A stretch of DNA of 64,000 bases from Spirochaetia bacterium. GTDB taxonomy: Bacteria; Spirochaetota; Spirochaetia; DSM-27196; Salinispiraceae. Location of the stretch: positions 75,341-139,340 of the forward strand of contig JBBRCZ010000007.1 in assembly GCA_038204425.1 (NCBI GenBank), written 5' to 3'. Numbering within the stretch: position 1 is the first letter of the stretch; each line of letters begins with the position of its first letter. This document shows, piece after piece, positions 58,104 through 64,000 of the stretch. The notes under the pieces are model-generated. The model did not search any database. It was not told the origin of the DNA and saw only the letters and a list, made by a program, of their open reading frames with translations. The translations under genes and the position numbers were made by a program.

Positions 58104-58871
58104 CTAAGCTGTCAATGCGTCACGATACTCACGTGGCGTTAGTCCGTATCGATCTTTAAAAACACGATTAAAATGCGAGATATTTTTGTAGCCCAGTTTG
58201 TCAGCTACTTCGTAAATTTTGAGTTGCGAATCTTTAAGCATCACTTTAGCTCGTTCCAAACGATGCAGGGTTAGATAGTCAGAAAAGAACTTACCCGTCT
58301 CCTGATGAAAAACAAACCCAAGATGATTTGGCGTTACTCCAAATCGAGCAGCCAGCTCTTTGAGTGAGACACCCTGTTCCAACTCTTCTTCTACCGCCCG
58401 CTTAACGTCCCGTATAATCAACCGCTCATGGCCTCGAGCTTCGGCTGGCTTTGCCTCACCATCTTCGGTACTAAGAACACCATTTTTTGCAGAAAGTTTA
58501 TCAAGTTTGAGCACTACACTTTTTAGAATTTCACTAAGTTCGGCATCGTCAACAGGCTTGAGAATGTAAGCTGCGGCGTTTTCTCTGATAGCGCGCTTGG
58601 CGTAAGAAAAGTCAGCGTGTCCAGAAATAAAGACAGCCAACAAATCTGGCTTATATTCTTTGCCTCTGGAAAAAAGATCCAAACCAGACATACCAGGCAT
58701 TCGGATGTCGCTTACCAACAGATCCACCGCCTCACGTTGGATAATCTCCAATGCTTTTGCCGCCGAATTGCTAGCCCATTGCGCCTGCATACCAAAACTT
58801 TCCCATGGCACCAGAGTCTGCAATCCTTCCAAATCGGGCGCTTCGTCATCCACCAATAAAACTTGATACAC
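58104..58871 (-). CDS. YesN-like response regulator (REC + AraC HTH)
   Basis: LVDDE, SDIRMPGMSG, YILKP; KIYEVADKLGY...FNRVFK..YGLTPREYR; GTG start follows GAGGAG; own promoter TTGACA-17-TACCAT (58920-58892). Confidence 0.92.
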   Translation of the reverse strand: MYQVLLVDDEAPDLEGLQTLVPWESFGMQAQWASNSAAKALEIIQREAVDLLVSDIRMPGMSGLDLFSRGKEYKPDLLAVFISGHADFSYAKRAIRENAAAYILKPVDDAELSEILKSVVLKLDKLSAKNGVLSTEDGEAKPAEARGHERLIIRDVKRAVEEELEQGVSLKELAARFGVTPNHLGFVFHQETGKFFSDYLTLHRLERAKVMLKDSQLKIYEVADKLGYKNISHFNRVFKDRYGLTPREYRDALTA

Positions 58872-58935
58872 TATGGACTCCTCACTAGACGATGGTATGA
58901 GCAAGCCTGCATGCTGTCAAGTCAGCCAGTCCAAC

Positions 58936-58967
58936 AAAAAAAGGGCCGTTTGCAAGCAAACGGCCCT
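58936..58967 (-). terminator. Intrinsic terminator
   Basis: AGGGCCGTTTGC-TT-GCAAACGGCCC followed by T7. Confidence 0.88.
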
Positions 58968-58985
58968 CTCAAATCTCTCAACAAT

Positions 58986-59028
58986 ACTATTACTTTGCAG
59001 TAACGTAAAAACTATTACTTTGCAGTAA
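58986..59028. repeat. 18-bp direct repeat duplicating a gene end
   Basis: ACTATTACTTTGCAGTAA at 58986 and 59011. Confidence 0.85.
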
Positions 59029-59746
59029 TGCTATGAATCAAAATGTGGGATTTGGGCGAAAGATCATTGCGATCTTCTCTATTGGTTGAAATCATGCCAA
59101 CCAACAAGCGATTGTTAGGGTTGGGACGTACAGTTTGGCCATACTTGTTGTCCAAAACACTAACCATCTCTACACCATTGATCTTTACTATCATGCGAGG
59201 AAATCGGTCTTCTTGAATAATGCCGTAGCTTACGGTGACTTCTTGTCCTATAGGAAAGGTCTTAAAGCCCAAAGCTGGAAAGTCTGCGTAGCGAAAAGTC
59301 AAGTTTGGATTGTTACCCTTGCCATGTTTTTGCACTTCTATCTTGTCACCCTTGAGCAAAAGTGCATAGCACTGTTGTTGCCAAAAGATGCTGCCAACGC
59401 TGCTTCCACGTTGCACTAAGGCTATAAAGGATGCCTCGCCAGAGGTAAAGTCACCATTAAAAGTAAGTTTATAATCCACAAGTTTGTTTTCAAACTGCTT
59501 TGACAAAGCTGCCTTTAGACCATAAATGCTTTCGGTAGAAACGTACGATCCCATCAACTTAAGGCTATTTGAGGACTGTGCAATGTAGTCAGGGACTGCT
59601 TTGCGTTTACCAGCTACTATTGAAGTGCCTTCCCAGTTACTTGCCTTAACTACTTCTGGTACTTGGGCAAAACTTGCCATTACCGATACCAAAGTCAGCA
59701 CCAGGACAGAAGCGATTTTTACCATAAAACGTGTCTTTGTGTTCAT
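59015..59746 (-). CDS. Exported protein of unknown function, paralog 2
   Basis: Signal peptide ending ASFA; aligns end to end with 59771..60547; SD AAGGAG. Confidence 0.85.
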   Translation of the reverse strand: MNTKTRFMVKIASVLVLTLVSVMASFAQVPEVVKASNWEGTSIVAGKRKAVPDYIAQSSNSLKLMGSYVSTESIYGLKAALSKQFENKLVDYKLTFNGDFTSGEASFIALVQRGSSVGSIFWQQQCYALLLKGDKIEVQKHGKGNNPNLTFRYADFPALGFKTFPIGQEVTVSYGIIQEDRFPRMIVKINGVEMVSVLDNKYGQTVRPNPNNRLLVGMISTNREDRNDLSPKSHILIHSITAK

Positions 59747-59770
59747 CTTGTTCTCCTTACAGATGGTTAA

Positions 59771-60547
59771 TTACTCAGCACTCAAGCTGGTAATGGTTAT
59801 CGACGACTTAGGGCTTAGGTCATTTGCATCTTTATTATTGGTGGCCTGCAAACAGATTAAGACCCTGTTACTATTGCTAGGCTTGATCGTAGCGCCCCAT
59901 TTGTTGTCCAATACATTCGCAATTTCTATGCCGTTAATTTTGACGACCAGACGTGGCACTGTGCCTTCATCAATAACAGCAAAGCTGAGTTCTACTTCTT
60001 GACCAATAGGAAGACTAGTAAAACCGAGTTCGGGGAAGTAATCGTAGGCAAATCTAAAGCTTTCCGGTGGCGAAAAATTCCGCCCACGTTCAATTTTGGC
60101 CAGTTGGACAGCCTTTTCGCGGACGATTACCGCATAGCCAGTCTGATTACGTAGCGATGTCGCTATAGCTCCAGCGCGTAACGAGACAGCAATGTAGGAA
60201 CCTTCCTTGTAGTTCTCTCCCTCGCCTCTTGGAAAGCTTCCGTCAAAAACAAACTTCATAACCAAGGCTTTGTTGGTAAACTGAGCTGATAGTTTTTGAT
60301 CTAAGGCGTACTGAAGATCATTCTGAAACCCGGGTTTACCGCTATCTGAAGGGTGCGCACCCATGAGCTTTAAGCCTGTTTCGGTTTCAAAAATAAAGTC
60401 TTTAACAGGTTTTCTGATGGATCTGATATCCCAGGATGCCGCCCAGTTTGACGCCTTGAGCAGTTCTGGTACCTCCTGTGCAGACAATCCTGCAGCAGCA
60501 ACTACTACAGTCATCAGCAAAAACGACACTATTTTTTTTGTGTTCAT
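59771..60547 (-). CDS. Exported protein of unknown function, paralog 1
   Basis: Signal peptide ending LSA; shares VPE..KASNW, LKLMG, PIGQEV, VKING.E...VLDNK.G and NDLSPKS with its neighbour. Confidence 0.85.
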   Translation of the reverse strand: MNTKKIVSFLLMTVVVAAAGLSAQEVPELLKASNWAASWDIRSIRKPVKDFIFETETGLKLMGAHPSDSGKPGFQNDLQYALDQKLSAQFTNKALVMKFVFDGSFPRGEGENYKEGSYIAVSLRAGAIATSLRNQTGYAVIVREKAVQLAKIERGRNFSPPESFRFAYDYFPELGFTSLPIGQEVELSFAVIDEGTVPRLVVKINGIEIANVLDNKWGATIKPSNSNRVLICLQATNNKDANDLSPKSSITITSLSAE

Positions 60548-60583
60548 CTTGTTCTCCTTGTGGGCCTCATTGGCCCAATTAAT

Positions 60584-62206
60584 TTAGTTTGCTTTTTCGG
60601 CCAGACTCTGCAAGAGAGCCTTGCGCTTGCTCCATTCATTATTGTGGTAGTCCAAAAACTTTTGGTAGCCTTCTTTGTCCATCTCTTCTTGGGTTTGATC
60701 CAAAATTTTGATAACTTCGGCATCACTGGAAGCAAAAAGGGCGTCTGCTAAGGCTTGGTCATAAAAATCCGCTATTATGGTATTTACTTGTCCAAGGTCG
60801 CTTGCAGGATCTGGTTTGTCATAAGCAAACTCGTTTTCGTTACGAACGTACTTCCACAATACTCGGCCTTGCCATTCTACCATCTTGTCGCGCTTATCGG
60901 CGGGCAGTCTTAAGTTGGCAGCAACCTTGGTTTTATCTACCCAGGAGGTGTTACCTACCCAGTTCCAGTTAAATATACGCGACTGTTGACGTTCTTGGTC
61001 ACTGGCATTTTCGTACTTGGCATTCCAGTAAGGTATGCCGTTTTCGTCCATTTCGTCCCAGAAGAAACCCTTTGGTCCATAGACCAAGGCTCGTTGACCT
61101 TCTTCTCCGGTTGACCAATCCAAGTAAGCAAGAATCTCTTTAATGCGAGGTTCCGCGTTCTTGGTAAAGACGTTGACGTTCCAACCGAGTGTGGCGTAGC
61201 CGGCCAAGGTTACTTGCTCGCCATCTATTCCGGCGCGGTGCGGAGGAGCAATTACGTCATAGAGGTTGACGTCTATCTTGTTGTTGTCGTTGGCGGACTT
61301 GATCATATTGCCAAAGTCCCATGAGGTCACCACAGCTATCTGTCCATTTACCAACTTTTCCATTACCTGGTCACGGGTTTGGGCAAAAACGTCTTGGGTC
61401 ATCAGACCCTTACGCATCAAACGTGATAGGTAAGAAAAAGTGTCTCTAACATTGGGGTCTTTAAACATCTTGGTAAACTTGCCGTCTTTTGGCGTACCGA
61501 GCAGGTTGTCCATGTATGAAAACAGTTGTTCGCCCATGCCTCGGAAGACCAACGTTTTGGCTTGAAATCCGTCGCCAACTTCAAGTGGCACCATATCAGG
61601 GAACTTTGCAGCGACCTTCTCTAGGTAAGCTTCCAGTTCGTCATAAGTTCCAATTGATGGCGAACCCAATTCTTTGTAGACTTTGGTGTTGATCGCCCAA
61701 CCTGCGTTACCATTGCCTGATGTGGCGTCGGGACTGATGTACCAGTTTGGAAACTGATAGAGCTTGCCATCTTTGTAGCGCAAGAGCTCCAAGTTGACCG
61801 TACCAACGTACTTCTTTAGGTTTGGCATACTATCCAAGTAAGGATCGAGTGGAAGCAGTAAGCCTGCATCAATGAGGCTTGCTACTTTGGCGCCGCGGTC
61901 CAAACAGATAACGTCGGTAAGGTCACCTGTAGCTATCATTAGGTTGAGCTTGTCGCCGCCAGAGCCAGATGGTGAGACCCACTCAATGTCTACCTTTTTG
62001 TTTTCTTTGAGCCAAGCCGAAACCACATCCACTCCCCATGCATTGGGTGGAGACCACCAGTCATATCCAACATACCAGCTAAACTTTAAATTGCCACTGT
62101 CGTCAGCCAAGTCAGCATCACTGCCCTCTTCGCTCGGACAGGCCATAAGTGTACTTAGCAGTATCAAGATGCCCGCTAACAAACCCAGTCGTTTTAAATT
62201 GTTCAT
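60584..62206 (-). CDS. Carbohydrate ABC solute-binding lipoprotein (LplA-like)
   Basis: Lipobox LMAC; KLNLMIATGDLTD, DGKLYQFP and YLDWSTGEEGQ..YGPKG. Confidence 0.88.
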   Translation of the reverse strand: MNNLKRLGLLAGILILLSTLMACPSEEGSDADLADDSGNLKFSWYVGYDWWSPPNAWGVDVVSAWLKENKKVDIEWVSPSGSGGDKLNLMIATGDLTDVICLDRGAKVASLIDAGLLLPLDPYLDSMPNLKKYVGTVNLELLRYKDGKLYQFPNWYISPDATSGNGNAGWAINTKVYKELGSPSIGTYDELEAYLEKVAAKFPDMVPLEVGDGFQAKTLVFRGMGEQLFSYMDNLLGTPKDGKFTKMFKDPNVRDTFSYLSRLMRKGLMTQDVFAQTRDQVMEKLVNGQIAVVTSWDFGNMIKSANDNNKIDVNLYDVIAPPHRAGIDGEQVTLAGYATLGWNVNVFTKNAEPRIKEILAYLDWSTGEEGQRALVYGPKGFFWDEMDENGIPYWNAKYENASDQERQQSRIFNWNWVGNTSWVDKTKVAANLRLPADKRDKMVEWQGRVLWKYVRNENEFAYDKPDPASDLGQVNTIIADFYDQALADALFASSDAEVIKILDQTQEEMDKEGYQKFLDYHNNEWSKRKALLQSLAEKAN

Positions 62207-62462
62207 CGTCCAACCTCCTCACCTATATTATGCTACTTTTAATCGTACCACGGCTCAGCTATGGCACAAGCAACGTATTCAACGATAAGTGTCCTCAAAC
62301 AGGGACGCCAAACGGCCAGGATCTCCTGCCGTTGTTTTTGCCTATAAATCCTTCTTTACAAAGTTCTGTTTAGGAATTGTAATATAATAAAGACTGCTAT
62401 AGGTGTATTTGTTTGGCAACTATGCTAAAAATACCTATAGACTTAATTTGGAGGACATTTAG

Positions 62463-63713
62463 ATGAAGAACTTTTTGACTGTGCTCATGCTCTGTATGGC
62501 GGCACTTCCCACTTTTGCTGCCGATATAGAGAAATCAGACACGCAAATTCAGCTTGAGGCCAGCGCCACGTTGGGGTGGCAGATGAATTTGGACACCTAC
62601 GCTAATGGTTTTAACAATACCGCAAACCTAAAGTTACAGTTTCCGCTGCTCTCGTACCAAAGCCTGGCAAAGACCCCAAGTGATTTGTATGGCGCTTTGG
62701 ACATTAGCAACTTATCATGGATTTTTGGTGACACTGTGAACGATGGTGATCCAACAATCGCAAACATTACCGGTACCATTGGTGCAAAACTGGTTTTTAA
62801 GCCGTTTGAACTCTTGATTTACAGTGCGCCTAGTTTGGGTGGAGATCTTAGCACTGCTGCTTTAGATGGTATAGCCGATGTATTAACGATTAAACTCCCC
62901 GATTTTACCTATGGAACATCGCTAAAGCTTCAAACTGATGAGCTACCTTTTGATGCCGAAGTAAAACTACTTTCTTTTGGCAACACTTTTACTTCAAACA
63001 CTGAACTTTATTATGCACTTGGGCTCGACCTTAACTTTTTTGTGGTTCCTGATCTGCTAGACATAAGAACTAGGATGTCAACATATCTCAACGGAACCGG
63101 CAACTTTAACCTTTCCATTGCACTACCACTAACGTTTGATGTTGCAGAAGGCCTAACGCTTACACCTGCTTCAGACATGATAATAACTGAAACAGCATTT
63201 GAATTTGACGCAAGTCTTAACACCCAACTCAAGCTGACTCAACCAAATAATGGTGGTACTGCGGCAGCTGTATCGTACGTCGCGTTTCTCGGCAAAGACT
63301 ACGATCTTTCTATGGGTGTTTCGTTTAGCGAACCAGCCGATGGAGGCCTGATAGATTTTTTGGGTTTTGATGCCGCGTATTCAATTGTAAATTTCATCTT
63401 TAATGCTGACCCTGCACAAAAGATAACGGCAAACTCAAGAGTTTTGATTGATCTTGACGACTTTAACGTGTTGGTACCACAGATTAACTTCACCTATACA
63501 TACCCCGGAAGTGGCGCGGCAGCCACCAAGTCCTTGTTTGCCAGTCTTGAGTACAGAAACAACGCCATAGATAATACATCAATTGTAATTAACTGGAAAC
63601 CAGGTGCTGACATTCAAGGCCTCTATGACCTCAACGGAGAAGGGTTTTTAGTATCGGACATTAAGAATTTTTCCTTTGGTACAATTGCCGTAGCCATTAC
63701 CATTACCTATTAG
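62463..63713 (+). CDS. Msp/MOSP-like outer-membrane (outer sheath) protein
   Basis: Signal peptide; ASATLGWQMNLD...GFNNTANLKLQFPL resembles MOSP_N; amphipathic beta strands; terminal aromatic residue (ITITY). Confidence 0.7.
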   Translation: MKNFLTVLMLCMAALPTFAADIEKSDTQIQLEASATLGWQMNLDTYANGFNNTANLKLQFPLLSYQSLAKTPSDLYGALDISNLSWIFGDTVNDGDPTIANITGTIGAKLVFKPFELLIYSAPSLGGDLSTAALDGIADVLTIKLPDFTYGTSLKLQTDELPFDAEVKLLSFGNTFTSNTELYYALGLDLNFFVVPDLLDIRTRMSTYLNGTGNFNLSIALPLTFDVAEGLTLTPASDMIITETAFEFDASLNTQLKLTQPNNGGTAAAVSYVAFLGKDYDLSMGVSFSEPADGGLIDFLGFDAAYSIVNFIFNADPAQKITANSRVLIDLDDFNVLVPQINFTYTYPGSGAAATKSLFASLEYRNNAIDNTSIVINWKPGADIQGLYDLNGEGFLVSDIKNFSFGTIAVAITITY

Positions 63714-63762
63714 CACATACCATCAACGCGCTAATTGAACGATGTGACTGCGGTTCTTAAGT

Positions 63763-63793
63763 AGGCAGCCCAAATGCGTGGGCTGCTTTTTTT
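63763..63793 (+). terminator. Intrinsic terminator
   Basis: AGGCAGCCCA-AATGCG-TGGGCTGCTT followed by a T run. Confidence 0.85.
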
Positions 63794-64000
63794 ATAGGTC
63801 TATCTAATCACCAACAATCACCAATGATCAAAAACTAGGTATCCTTGAAATTGATCATCATTAGTTGATTTCAAATTTTATTTGTAATTTCGTTTGCATT
63901 TAATACCAACTTCGATTTATACTGGTGTTTGAGACAATTGAACTACGTCGTAGCTCACTGTATCAATTAATCGCCTTCAAAAGATTGCGGTTATAAAAAA

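Noticed and set aside
1..64000. CRISPR arrays, tRNA/rRNA, IS elements, prophage or defence genes
   Set aside because: None recognised; repeats seen are two-copy only, and no transposase, integrase or reverse transcriptase motifs were found.

Overview
Bacterial chromosomal window, most likely from a spirochaete. That inference rests on an Msp/MOSP-like outer-sheath protein, CheX, spirochaete-style lipoproteins and an FGE-domain remnant. The left third is mostly housekeeping: holB-like (truncated, missing from the ORF track), cvpA, murG, phoU-phoB-phoR with a candidate Pho box, uvrB, an M32 carboxypeptidase and thrS. thrS is preceded by a complete Thr(ACC) T-box riboswitch that has no terminator and appears to act by sequestering the SD. 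The middle holds a GGDEF protein, an Lgt-like + ABC-2 operon, two patches of deletion-eroded pseudogenes (RND efflux; OmpA and FGE lipoprotein), a DEAD-box helicase with a ~410-nt structured leader, a 2913-aa cyclic beta-1,2-glucan synthase, an adenylate/guanylate cyclase and a CheY-CheX-membrane CheA-like kinase trio. The right third is a carbohydrate island. It has a DeoR-led operon joining a TPP/lipoate dehydrogenase complex (fused E1, E2, E3) to a PHP protein, SrlD-like and SorE-like oxidoreductases and an FGGY kinase. Next to it lie an orphan YesN regulator, two unknown exported paralogs, a sugar-binding lipoprotein with no permease and a divergent Msp-like gene. No rRNA, tRNA, CRISPR array or transposase was seen. 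All calls come from reading motifs by eye; no searches were run.
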